64,000 nt of DNA from an uncultured Phycisphaerae bacterium (GTDB lineage Bacteria > Planctomycetota > Phycisphaerae > SM23-33): assembly GCA_963760365.1 (NCBI GenBank), contig CAVXDC010000007.1, positions 82,728 to 146,727 of the forward strand, read 5' to 3'. The notes beneath the pieces were generated by a model. The model did not search any database, was not told the origin of the DNA, and saw only the letters and a program-made list of their open reading frames with translations. A program made the translations under genes and the position numbers. Of this stretch, positions 1-10,325 are shown in pieces (position 1 is the stretch's first letter; each line of letters begins with the position of its first letter).

Positions 1-737
1 CACCGGCACGATGATCCGCGAGGGCGTCGAGGCCATCGTCAACCCGCTGGACCTCTACGCCATCGAGCTGGCCCTGGGCCTGCGCGAGCAGCATGGCGGG
101 GAGGTCACGGTCGTCTCGATGGGCCCGCCCAAGGCCGACCGGGCCATCCGCGAGGCCATCGCCATGGGCTGCGACCGCGGCGTGCTGATCTCGGACAAGG
201 CCTTCGCCGGCAGCGACACCTGGGCCACCAGCTACGCCCTGGCCGGGGCGATCCGCAAACTGGGGGCGTTCGACCTGGTCATCTGCGGCGAGCGGGCCAC
301 CGACGGCGACACCGGCCAGGTGGGTCCGGGCATCGCCTCGTTCCTGGACCTGCCCGTCGCGACGTACGTCGGCAAGGTGGAGTCGGTCGCCCAAGGCAGC
401 ATCCGCGTGCACCGGCTCGTCGAGGACGGCCACGAGGTGCTGGAGGTCGACCTGCCGGCCGTGCTGACGGTGGTGAAGGAGGTCGCCGATCCGCGCCTGC
501 CCACGCTCCGCGGCAAGCAGACGGGCCAAGACCGCCGAGGTCCCCGTCTGGGTCCCCAGGGACATGGACCTGGACGCTTCCAAGCTGGGGCTGGACGGCA
601 GCCCCACGCGCGTCGTGAAGATTTTCAAGCCTAAGGTCGCCCGCCAGTGCCTCAAGGTCGTCGCCGGCGACGAGCAAGCCGTCGCCGCGGCCGCAGATGA
701 GCTGGTGGCGTTCCTTCAGACACGAGCGCTGCTGTAA
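1..737 (+). pseudogene. etfB: Electron transfer flavoprotein beta subunit (EtfB/LctB-like); 5' end outside the window; one frame break as assembled
   Basis: Frame 2 from the window edge reads TGTMIREGVEAIVNPLDLYAIELAL..VICGERATDGDTGQVGP, typical of Etf beta. After ~nt 522 the conserved continuation (AKTAEVPVW..DASKLGLDGSPTRVVKIFKP) is in frame 0 and ends at TAA 735-737. Confidence 0.85.
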
Positions 738-772
738 CCCCGCACGAGCAGCCAGCACTATCGGAGAAGATC

Positions 773-1771
773 GTGGAATACAAAGGCGTTTGGATCCTGG
801 CAGAGCAGGCCGGCGGGCGAATCCAGCGGATCAGCCACGAGCTGCTGACCCGCGGGCGCGAGCTGGCCGACAAGCGCCGGACCGACCTGTCGGCCATCGT
901 CCTGGGCCACAACATCACCAGGCGGACCTGCAAGAGCTGATCGACCGCGGCGCCGATCGCGTGATGGCGATGGAAGCGCCTGAACTAGAGCACTTCCTGG
1001 TCGAGCCTTACGCCGCCTGTTTGCTTTCGCTTATCACCGACCATCGGCCGGAAATCCTGATTGCCGGGGCGACCAGCACCGGGCGGACGCTGATGCCCTA
1101 CGTGGCCGTGCGGGCCAACGCCGGCCTGACGGCCGACTGCACCGTCCTGGACATCGAGCCGGATACCGGCAACCTGCTCCAGACCCGCCCCGCGATCGGT
1201 GGCAATATCCTGGCCACCATCAAGACGCCCCACCACCGTCCGCAGATGGCCACCGTCCGCCCGCGCTCGACCAAACCGGCGCCGAAGCAGCCCGGCCGGC
1301 GGGGCCAGGTCGTCCGCCTCAAGGCCCCGCAGGAGCTCCTTAGCCAGCCGGATCCGTCGCGTGGGTTTCGTGCCCCACGAGGACATCCACAGCCTCCAGG
1401 ATGCCGACGTGGTCGTGACCGTCGGGCGGGGGATCAAGAAGGGTGAGAACATCAAGCAGGTCGCCCCGCTGGTGGCGGCCCTGGACGCCTCGCTGGGCGC
1501 CACGCGCGATGTGGTGGACCGCGGCTGGTTGAGCTATCCGCACCAGGTGGGCCTGTCGGGAAAGACCGTCACGCCCAAGCTGTACATGGCCTTGGGCGTC
1601 TCTGGCAGCATCCAGCACCTGGCCGGCATGCAGACGGCGGAGACCATCGTGGCCGTGAACACCGACGCCGAGGCGCAGATCTTCCGCGTGGCCGACTTCG
1701 GCATCGTCGGCGACCTGTTCGAAATCGTGCCGGTGCTGGTGGAGAAGATTAGGAACGCGAAAAAGGCGTAA
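773..1771 (+). pseudogene. etfA: Electron transfer flavoprotein alpha subunit (EtfA/LctC-like); two frame breaks as assembled
   Basis: GTG 773 is preceded by GGAGAA. The protein reads EYKGVWILAEQAGGRIQ (frame 2), then ADLQELIDRGADRV..TGRTLMPYVAVRANAGLTADC..PAIGGNILATI (frame 1), then [41 protein letters not shown] (frame 2). Junctions are near 918 and 1340. Confidence 0.85.
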
Positions 1772-1844
1772 ATCGTCCTTATCGTTTCGGTGTTTGTTTC
1801 GGATTTCGAATTTCGAGATTCGGATTTGATGTACCCAGGCACTC

Positions 1845-3287
<1,443 letters not shown>

Positions 3288-3349
3288 CACGGGCATCCTT
3301 GTCCTGCGATGTTGCAAACGTAATGCAGCGGGGATAAATTCATCCATCC

Positions 3350-4693
3350 ATGGGCAAGTTGAGTGAAAAGCAATTGCGGGAGCAGGCGGTGCTTTTGACG
3401 CGCGGGAGCGAGGCCGTCTATACGGCTGCTGAGCTTCATCAGCGCCTGGCCGAGGCAGCCGAGACTGGCCGGCCGCTGCGGGTCAAGCTCGGATTGGACC
3501 CCACGGCCCCGGACATCCACTTGGGCCACACGGTCCAGCTCCGCAAGATCCGCCAGTTCCAGGACCTGGGCCACAAGGCCGTGCTGATCATCGGGGATTA
3601 CACCGCCCGCATTGGTGACCCCAGTGGCCAGAACACGATGCGCCCGATGCTCTCTCCTGAGCAGATCGAGGCCAACGCGGCCACCTACGTCGAACAGGCC
3701 GGCAAGGTGCTGGACACCTCGCCCGAGAAGCTGGAGATCCGTCGCAACAGTGAGTGGCTGGAGAAGCTGTCGTTTGCCGACGTGCTGAAGCTGGCCGCTC
3801 AGATGACCGTCGCGCGGATGATGGAGCGAGACACGTTCGAGCTGCGCTATCGCGACGGTGTGCCCATCGGCGTGCACGAGTTCCTCTACCCCCTCATGCA
3901 GGGCTACGACAGCGTGTGCATCCAGGCCGACGTGGAGCTGGGCGGCACGGACCAGACGTTCAACAACCTCATAGGCCGCCAGCTCCAAGCCAACGCCGGC
4001 CAGCGGCCTCAGATCGTGCTCATCATGCCTTTGCTGGTGGGGCTGGATGGCGCCGAAAAGATGAGCAAGTCCAAGGGCAACACTATCGGCGTGACCGACA
4101 GCCCCCGCGAGATGTTCGGCAAGATCATGTCGATCCCCGACACGCTCATGCGGAATTATTTCACGCTGCTGACCGACCTGCCGGTCCAGCAGATCAATGC
4201 GTTGCTGGACGAAAAGCAGACCCACCCCCGCGCGGCCAAGGCGACGCTGGGCAAGACCATCGTGGAGCGATACCACAGTCGATCCGCCGCCGAGGAGGCG
4301 GCCGCAGAGTTCGATCGCGTCTTTGCCGAAAAGGGCACGCCGAGCGAGATGATCCATATCTCTGTCACCCCCGGCACGACCGCCGTGGACGTCATTCAAG
4401 AACTCAAGTTCGCCGATAGCAAAAGTGAGGCTCGCCGTTTGATCACTGGGGGAGGCGTCACGCTTGACGGGGAGAGGATCACCGACTTCAATACCGATGT
4501 CTCCAAGAAGGACGGGGCGATACTCAAAGTTGGCAAAAGGCGCTTCGCGCATAAGCCGCAAGAAATAAATTACCGAGAAGGTGCCATGGCCTCGCGAAGC
4601 GTGGCCATGGAGAACTTGGGCACGAGAGGAATGGTTGATTGGGGTAGAGGTTCACCATGCCCAGGCTGCGCCAGGGCATGGCACCCCACCTAA
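3350..4693 (+). CDS. tyrS: Tyrosine--tRNA ligase
   Basis: Intact 447-aa ORF with the HLGH (HIGH) and KMSKS motifs and a C-terminal S4-like domain ([23 protein letters not shown]). The last ~40 aa look non-native and run across two hairpins. The true stop may be TAA 4566-4568, which would need a 1-nt correction. Confidence 0.9.
   Translation: MGKLSEKQLREQAVLLTRGSEAVYTAAELHQRLAEAAETGRPLRVKLGLDPTAPDIHLGHTVQLRKIRQFQDLGHKAVLIIGDYTARIGDPSGQNTMRPMLSPEQIEANAATYVEQAGKVLDTSPEKLEIRRNSEWLEKLSFADVLKLAAQMTVARMMERDTFELRYRDGVPIGVHEFLYPLMQGYDSVCIQADVELGGTDQTFNNLIGRQLQANAGQRPQIVLIMPLLVGLDGAEKMSKSKGNTIGVTDSPREMFGKIMSIPDTLMRNYFTLLTDLPVQQINALLDEKQTHPRAAKATLGKTIVERYHSRSAAEEAAAEFDRVFAEKGTPSEMIHISVTPGTTAVDVIQELKFADSKSEARRLITGGGVTLDGERITDFNTDVSKKDGAILKVGKRRFAHKPQEINYREGAMASRSVAMENLGTRGMVDWGRGSPCPGCARAWHPT
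4584..4681. terminator. Two GC-rich hairpins between convergent tyrS and fba (candidate bidirectional terminators)
   Basis: CCATGGCC (4584-4591) pairs with GGCCATGG (4603-4610), with extra inner CGC/GCG pairs. CCATGCCC (4655-4662) pairs with GGGCATGG (4674-4681). Neither has a clear U-tract. Confidence 0.35.
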
Positions 4694-5802
4694 CGGCTGG
4701 ACTTCTTGGACTTCCTGACTTTCTTGGGCTTGCGGGTCTTCTTGGAAGGTTTGGCGGCCTTGCGAGCCTTTTTGACAGTAGCGGGCTTGTAGAAGGCGAT
4801 CATCTGGGCGCAGGTCTTGGGCTTGATCTTTCCGGCGTTGCCCGCCTGGCCGAAGGCGACCATCCGCTCCACGCAGACCTTCTTCATCGCGTCTCGCGCG
4901 GGGCCGAGGTACTTGCGCGGGTCGAACTCCCCGGGATTTTCGGTCAGGACCTGACGGATCGCCCCGGTCATTGCCAACCGACAGTCGGTGTCGATGTTGA
5001 CCTTCCGAACGCCGTGTTGGATGCCGCGCTGGATTTCTTCCAACGGCACGCCGTAAGTCTCCTTCATCTGCCCTCCGTGGCGGCGGATGATCTCCAAAAG
5101 CACCTGCGGCACGGAAGACGAGCCGTGCATCACCAGGTGGCAGTTGGGCAGACGGCGGTGGATTTCTTCGATCACGCTCATCACCAGCACCTCACCGGTG
5201 GGCCGGTGCGTGAACTTGTAGGCCCCGTGGCTGGTGCCGATGGCCACGGCCAGGGCGTCCACGCCCGTCTCGGCCACGAAACGCTCCGCCTGGGCCGGGT
5301 CGGTCAGATGCTTGCGGGCCTCTTCGGTGCTCAGGCCTGCCCCGTGGCCGTCCTCGATGCCGCCCAGGACGCCGATCTCTCCCTCCACCGTGACGCCCTT
5401 GGCGTGGGCGGCCTTGACCACCTGGCGGGTGGCCTGGACGTTGTAGTCGTACGTGCTGGGGGTCTTGGCATCGGGCATCAGCGAGCCATCCATCATCACC
5501 GAGGTGAAGCTCTGTTTGATGGCGCTGAAGCAGGTCTCCGGACTGTTGCCGTGGTCCTGGTGCATGACGATGGGCAGCTTGGGGTTCAGCTCCACCGCCG
5601 CCAGCATCAGGTGGCGGAGGTAGGCGTCGTTGGTGTAGGCGCGGGCGCCGCGCGAGGCCTGGACGATCACCGGGGAATCCGTCTCCGTGCCCGCCTCCAT
5701 GATTGCCTGGATCTGCTCCATGTTGTTGACGTTGAACGCCGCCAGGCCATAGCCATTTTCGGCGGCGTGATCCAACAGGATTCGCATCGGGACCAGGGGC
5801 AT
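4690..5802 (-). CDS. fba: Fructose-bisphosphate aldolase, class II, with a Lys-rich C-terminal tail
   Basis: Intact 370-aa ORF. Class II aldolase hallmarks: [33 protein letters not shown]. The tail reads [30 protein letters not shown]. Confidence 0.9.
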   Translation of the reverse strand: MPLVPMRILLDHAAENGYGLAAFNVNNMEQIQAIMEAGTETDSPVIVQASRGARAYTNDAYLRHLMLAAVELNPKLPIVMHQDHGNSPETCFSAIKQSFTSVMMDGSLMPDAKTPSTYDYNVQATRQVVKAAHAKGVTVEGEIGVLGGIEDGHGAGLSTEEARKHLTDPAQAERFVAETGVDALAVAIGTSHGAYKFTHRPTGEVLVMSVIEEIHRRLPNCHLVMHGSSSVPQVLLEIIRRHGGQMKETYGVPLEEIQRGIQHGVRKVNIDTDCRLAMTGAIRQVLTENPGEFDPRKYLGPARDAMKKVCVERMVAFGQAGNAGKIKPKTCAQMIAFYKPATVKKARKAAKPSKKTRKPKKVRKSKKSSR

Positions 5803-5979
5803 GTTTCACCTCATATCCTATTGTGTGCGGTCCGACGGTTCGTCGAACAGACGGAGGATTATACTGACACCTCCATCCGAACAGAAGACGTATGCTCCTT
5901 AAGGATCCAAGCCTCGCAGGGATTGGATTGCGGGTTGCGGATTGATTCGACAAAACTCCGAACCCTGACGGTCTTCCAG

Positions 5980-6669
5980 TCATCCGGTATTCCGGTCCAT
6001 CATGGTCGCGACGATCTCGGCCGGAATGCCGATGTCGGCCACAACGACTTTGCCGGTGTATTCACAGGCGCCGGGGGCGTCGAAGCCCTTCTTGCGGGCA
6101 ACGAATGTTATGGTCATCGCCGCCCGCACCGCCGGGCCCTCGGCCTGGCCGGTGTCGCAGTCCAGGCCGGTGGGGATGTCGATAGCCACCACGGGCTTGC
6201 CGGCGGCGTTGATGGCCTCCACCGCCGCCGCCATCTCGCCTCGCAGCGCCCCGCGGACGCCCGTGCCGCCCACGGCGTCCACCACCAGGTCGAACTGCGA
6301 TAAACGCTCAGCCAGCCTGCCAAGCTCCTGGTCGCCGACCGGTTTCACGTCATGTCCGAGTTTGCGGAGGAGAGCAAGGTTGGCGGCGGCATCGGCGGTG
6401 AGCTTGTCCGGCGGGCCGACCTGAAAAGTGACAACGTTTGCGCCCCGCATGGCCAGGTGCCGCGCGACGACAAAGCCATCGCCGCCGTTGTTGCCGCCAC
6501 CGGCGACGATGGCGATCTTCTTGGAAGAAACAGCCCCGTTCAAAAAATTCTCGATGGCGTCGGCGGCACCGCGCCCGGCGTTCTCCATCAGCACCAGGCC
6601 GCTGACGCCCAATGTCTGGATCGCGAGACGGTCGATTCGCCGGATTTCTTCGCGGCCAAGCGATTGCAT
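5980..6669 (-). CDS. nnrE: NAD(P)H-hydrate epimerase (YjeF N-terminal domain only)
   Basis: 229-aa ORF with IAIVAGGGNNGGDGFVVARHL, typical of YjeF_N. There is no fused C-terminal dehydratase domain. Confidence 0.8.
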   Translation of the reverse strand: MQSLGREEIRRIDRLAIQTLGVSGLVLMENAGRGAADAIENFLNGAVSSKKIAIVAGGGNNGGDGFVVARHLAMRGANVVTFQVGPPDKLTADAAANLALLRKLGHDVKPVGDQELGRLAERLSQFDLVVDAVGGTGVRGALRGEMAAAVEAINAAGKPVVAIDIPTGLDCDTGQAEGPAVRAAMTITFVARKKGFDAPGACEYTGKVVVADIGIPAEIVATMMDRNTG

Positions 6670-6706
6670 GCCATCTTCCCGTTTTCCTCGCAGGCCCTCT
6701 TCTCCT

Positions 6707-7042
6707 CTACCCCGCCAGCAGCACGTCCAGCGCCTCTTCGAAGGCTTTTTTGGGTTGAAGGCCGATGAACTTCTTGGTCACCTTGCCATCTTTGAACAGG
6801 ACCACCGTCGGGATGGCGCTGATCCCGAATTTCCCAGCCGTGTCGCGGGCGGTGTCGGTATCCACCTTGCCCACCTTCACCTTGCCGGCGTATTCCTTGG
6901 CCAGGTCCTCGATGGTGGGGGCGAGCATCTTGCAGGGCATGCACCACTCAGCCCAGAAGTCCACCATCGCCACGCCCTTGGTGTTGATGATTTCCGCTTC
7001 GAAGTTCTGATCCGTCAACTCGATTACATCCTCTGAGCTCAT
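6707..7042 (-). CDS. trxA: Thioredoxin with an atypical WCMPC active site
   Basis: 111 aa with thioredoxin-fold sequence (VDFWAEWCMPCK..AIPTVVLFKDGK). The active site is CMPC rather than CGPC. Confidence 0.85.
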   Translation of the reverse strand: MSSEDVIELTDQNFEAEIINTKGVAMVDFWAEWCMPCKMLAPTIEDLAKEYAGKVKVGKVDTDTARDTAGKFGISAIPTVVLFKDGKVTKKFIGLQPKKAFEEALDVLLAG

Positions 7043-7329
7043 GGCCGGCTCCTTCCGGTGGCAAGGTTTTTTATCAAACTGTCAAACAATCAAACGATCA
7101 GTCGATCAACCGTCCGTCAGTAAAAAATCCTAGGACCTAGCCGGCGATTTGTCAACGCAACGGCGGTTCCAGATTTCCTCGACCTGGATTTTGCGCGTCT
7201 TGGCGGCTTGGGCAGGCGTGGCCGGTGAGGAACGTACGTCAACTAATGGAAGCAACGGAGGGGAGTTATTCCCCACTTCCAGCGGTGAGGAGCGCGTTAG
7301 AATGGCCACGGGCGGGTTGGGAAAGACGC

Positions 7330-7695
7330 ATGAACCTCAAGGCAGGCAAGAAGTTTCGGCTCAGGCGGCAGGCGGACATCGACTTAGTGTTCCGTCAAGG
7401 CCGGCGGATGGGCAACGGCCAAATCACGCTCTTGGCCCGGCCTAACGGGCTGGGGTTCTCGCGGACGGCGGTGGCGGTGTCGTCTTCCCACGGTGGGGCG
7501 GTGAGGCGCAACCACCTCAAGCGCCTCTGCCGCGAGGCGCTGCGGTTGAGCTGGCCGGAGCTGCCAGCCGGCTGGGACTTTGTCGCCTTGCCGCGCCAGG
7601 GCGCGGAGCTGACGCTGGCGACGCTGCGGCCATCGGTGATCGCCCTGGCCGGGCGACTGACGACTTCCTGGCCCCTCAAGGACAGCCGACCATGA
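7330..7695 (+). CDS. rnpA: Ribonuclease P protein component
   Basis: From internal ATG 7330 the sequence reads [38 protein letters not shown]. The stop overlaps the yidD start (ATGA at 7692-7695). An upstream start at 7225 is possible. Confidence 0.75.
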   Translation: MNLKAGKKFRLRRQADIDLVFRQGRRMGNGQITLLARPNGLGFSRTAVAVSSSHGGAVRRNHLKRLCREALRLSWPELPAGWDFVALPRQGAELTLATLRPSVIALAGRLTTSWPLKDSRP

Positions 7696-7940
7696 CTCCA
7701 AGGCCTTTCCTTCGCACCTTGGTTCACCTGCCTGCCTTGGGGTTGATCCTCCTCGTAAGGCTGTACCAAGGCACGCTGTCTCCCCTGCTTGGCCGACAGT
7801 GCCGCTTCGTGCCCACGTGCAGCAACTATTTCATCGAGGCGGTGGAAAGGCATGGAGCGCTGGCCGGGGGATGGATGGGTCTGCTTCGTTTGCTACGATG
7901 CCATCCCTTCAGCCTAGGGGGCATCGATCCGGTTCCCTAA
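7692..7940 (+). CDS. yidD: Membrane protein insertion efficiency factor YidD
   Basis: 82 aa with [32 protein letters not shown], the YidD signature. It is coupled to rnpA. Confidence 0.85.
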   Translation: MTPRPFLRTLVHLPALGLILLVRLYQGTLSPLLGRQCRFVPTCSNYFIEAVERHGALAGGWMGLLRLLRCHPFSLGGIDPVP

Positions 7941-8038
7941 AACGCCCCGGTGCGCCAGATGCTTGCTGCATCGGTGGGCGCCGCCTAAAATATCGTTGAT
8001 TCGTCTCGTGGAGGCCGTACCCGTCTCGAAGGTTTTTT

Positions 8039-8374
8039 ATGCCCTATCGCGGTGAGGAGCGAAGACGACACAAGCGCCACGCCTTGCCGTGTCCCGTCTG
8101 GCTGTTGAGTGACGACGGCGCCACGGTAACGGGCAAGTCCATCAATATCTCCGATGGCGGGGTGTTGGTGACGCTGTCGCAGCCGTCGCCGCCTGTCGAC
8201 GGCAGTTGGGTGGGGATCAATCTCTGCGTACCCCGCGCCACCCCCAACACATACATGCTCGAGGAATTCACTACTCGGGCGCGGGTGATCCGACGGCAGG
8301 TGATCCCCGACGGCGCCATGGCCGCGGTGGGGCTGGAGTTCGCCCGGCCTCTGGAACTGGTTCTGGAGGTGTAG
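8039..8374 (+). CDS. PilZ domain protein
   Basis: Contains RRRHKRHAL followed by INISDGGVLV, matching the RxxxR and D/NxSxxG c-di-GMP-binding motifs. Confidence 0.65.
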   Translation: MPYRGEERRRHKRHALPCPVWLLSDDGATVTGKSINISDGGVLVTLSQPSPPVDGSWVGINLCVPRATPNTYMLEEFTTRARVIRRQVIPDGAMAAVGLEFARPLELVLEV

Positions 8375-8390
8375 GCACCCGCAAGGCCGC

Positions 8391-9659
8391 TTAGTGGATA
8401 GCCTTGGTGGCGATGTCGTGGCGATAGTAGCAGTCCTGCCAGTGAATCTTAGCCACGGCTTGGTAGGCTTGTTGCTGCGCGGCCGCGATGGTCTGGCCCA
8501 AGGCTGTCACGCCCAACACCCGCCCGCCGGTGTTGACCAGTTTGCCATTTTGCATGGCGGTGCCGGCGTGGAAGACTTTCACGTCTTCGGTCTTCTCAGC
8601 CTGGTCGATGCCGGTGATCTCGAAGCCCTTGGCATACGGTCCGGGATAGCCTCCTGAGGCCATCACCACGCACACCGACGGGCGCGGGTCGAATTCGACG
8701 GCCACCTTGTCCAGGTGGTGCTCGGCCGTCGCCACCAGGGCCTCCACCAGGTCGCTGGCCAGGCGCATCATCAGCGGCTGGCATTCGGGGTCTCCGAAAC
8801 GGCAGTTAAACTCGATGACCTTGGGGCCGGCGGGAGTGAACATCAATCCGGCGTAGAGTACCCCCTCGTATCGGCCGAAGTCGCGGCGCATCGCATCGAC
8901 GATGGGCACGAGGATCTCCCGCTCGATGCGGTCCATCATCCGCTCGTCGATGAGGGGCACGGGGCTGTAGGCGCCCATGCCCCCGGTGTTCGGGCCGGTG
9001 TCGCCGTCGCCGACGGGCTTGTGGTCTTGGATCGGCGGCAGCGGGAAGATGTTCCTGCCGTCGCACAGGGCCAGCACCGTGGCCTCCTGTCCGGTGAGCA
9101 TCTCCTCGATGACCACGGTTGACCCAGCCTGGCCGAAGACCTTTTTGACCAACATGTCCTCCAGGGGCTTGACGGCCTGGTAAGGCTCGGGGCAGATGAC
9201 CACGCCCTTGCCTGCGGCCAGTCCCGAGGCCTTGACGGCCACGCCGTGGTCGCGGGAAAGGACGTAGTCCCTGGCCAGTTGCAGGTCGGTGAAGATCCTC
9301 GCCTCGGCCGTGGGGACGGCGGCGGCCCGCATGAGGGTCTTGGCGTAGGCCTTGTCCGCCTCGATGCGGGCGCCTGCGGCGCTAGGACCGAAACACAGCA
9401 TTCCCGCCTGTCGCACGGCGTCGGCCAGACCGGTGGCCAACGGCTCCTCCGGACCGACCACGACCAGGTCCACGGCGTTATCCTTGGCGAACGAGACGAT
9501 CCGCCCCACATCCGACACGGGGATATCCACACACTCGGCGTTCTGGGCGATGCCGGGATTGCCCGGAGCGGCCCACATCCTGTCACACAGCGGCGACTGC
9601 GCCATCTTCCAGGCCAAGGCGTGCTCGCGACCCCCACCGCCCACCAGCAATAGTTTCAT
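8391..9659 (-). CDS. purD: Phosphoribosylamine--glycine ligase
   Basis: Intact 422-aa ORF with full-length PurD-like sequence (MKLLLVGGGGREHALAWK..ATP-grasp..GGRVLGVTA). Confidence 0.92.
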   Translation of the reverse strand: MKLLLVGGGGREHALAWKMAQSPLCDRMWAAPGNPGIAQNAECVDIPVSDVGRIVSFAKDNAVDLVVVGPEEPLATGLADAVRQAGMLCFGPSAAGARIEADKAYAKTLMRAAAVPTAEARIFTDLQLARDYVLSRDHGVAVKASGLAAGKGVVICPEPYQAVKPLEDMLVKKVFGQAGSTVVIEEMLTGQEATVLALCDGRNIFPLPPIQDHKPVGDGDTGPNTGGMGAYSPVPLIDERMMDRIEREILVPIVDAMRRDFGRYEGVLYAGLMFTPAGPKVIEFNCRFGDPECQPLMMRLASDLVEALVATAEHHLDKVAVEFDPRPSVCVVMASGGYPGPYAKGFEITGIDQAEKTEDVKVFHAGTAMQNGKLVNTGGRVLGVTALGQTIAAAQQQAYQAVAKIHWQDCYYRHDIATKAIH

Positions 9660-9821
9660 TCAACCTTTCCTTTTGGCTCCGTGCTTTCCACTTGTTGACG
9701 TCTTGCTCGCGACGGAGGCAGTCTATACGAGCCAGGCGGTCGATTCCACAGCCGGCCTTACAACAGATCCAGGAGGTTGGGGGGAAATCCAAAAAGCTCT
9801 GTCCCCTCGACATCAGACCGC

Positions 9822-9850
9822 TTGACACTGGGTAAATTTTTTGATAATTT
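9822..9850 (+). promoter_or_regulatory. Candidate sigma-70 promoter with extended -10
   Basis: TTGACA (9822-9827), a 17-nt spacer ending in TGa, then TAATTT (9845-9850). It sits in an AT-rich spacer and points away from purD. Confidence 0.4.
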
Positions 9851-9866
9851 TCTTGCAAAATACCCC

Positions 9867-9894
9867 TTGCGGGCTTCGTTAATCCTTCTATAAT
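9867..9894 (+). promoter_or_regulatory. Second candidate sigma-70 promoter
   Basis: TTGCGG (9867-9872), a 16-nt spacer, then a perfect TATAAT (9889-9894). Confidence 0.4.
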
Positions 9895-9998
9895 TTCCCA
9901 TAGCCTGAGAACTATGGGTGCTAGGAAAGGGAATTAAGCCTTAAATAAGACCTGACCCTCTTTCGAACCGGTTCTCCCCCGGCCGGTTCGAATGTTGA

Positions 9999-10043
9999 GG
10001 CGGTGCCTGTCGTCCCCCCCCGCGGCAGGCCCGCCATTTTTTT
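9999..10043 (+). terminator. Rho-independent terminator
   Basis: GGCGG(T)GCCTG (9999-10009) pairs with CAGGC..CCGCC (10026-10035). It is followed by A plus seven T (10036-10043). Confidence 0.7.
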
Positions 10044-10325
10044 GGGGATCCAAAGCCAGGATGTACATCCAACTGCCTACCGATAAAGATGATAAAAGGT
10101 CAACTATTATAATTCGTTTGCACTAAAAGAGATATGTGATTTTATCGCTAGGAAATCATCGAAGTTGACACAAACCCCCTTTTGACAGCAGGGAAAGGCC
10201 AGACGTTAGGTGACACTAGATTGTCACCTCACAAGCGTTACTCGAAAACGATGTAGTCAGGAAAGACGATACCTGCGTCTAAAGGAACAGGAGGGTACGG
10301 TTTGTCTAAACGGAGGGGTGAAAAA

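Larger units (their letters stand above)
9857..10043 (+). ncRNA. Candidate small RNA (~140-190 nt) of unknown family
   Basis: No ORF longer than 10 codons. Three hairpins: CCCATAG/CTATGGG (9897-9918), TTCGAACCGG/CCGGTTCGAA (9962-9992), and the terminator stem. It lies between the promoters above and a strong intrinsic terminator. Confidence 0.4.

Noticed and set aside
4657-6303. 548-aa plus-strand ORF spanning fba and nnrE in antisense.
   Set aside because: Same reasoning. It crosses an intergenic region, is low-complexity (G/L/A/H/R/V), and both opposite-strand genes are clearly real.
7043-7329. Expected an rpmH (ribosomal protein L34) gene upstream of rnpA.
   Set aside because: None of the three forward frames gives the basic MKRT..RKR..HGFR..R signature. 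The weak resemblance (..RVRMATGG..) is not basic and has the wrong spacing.
9983-9993. A GGTTCGAAT string resembling a tRNA T-arm/loop.
   Set aside because: The flanking bases do not form a T-stem, acceptor stem or anticodon arm. The string is simply the 3' half of the 10-bp TTCGAACCGG/CCGGTTCGAA hairpin.
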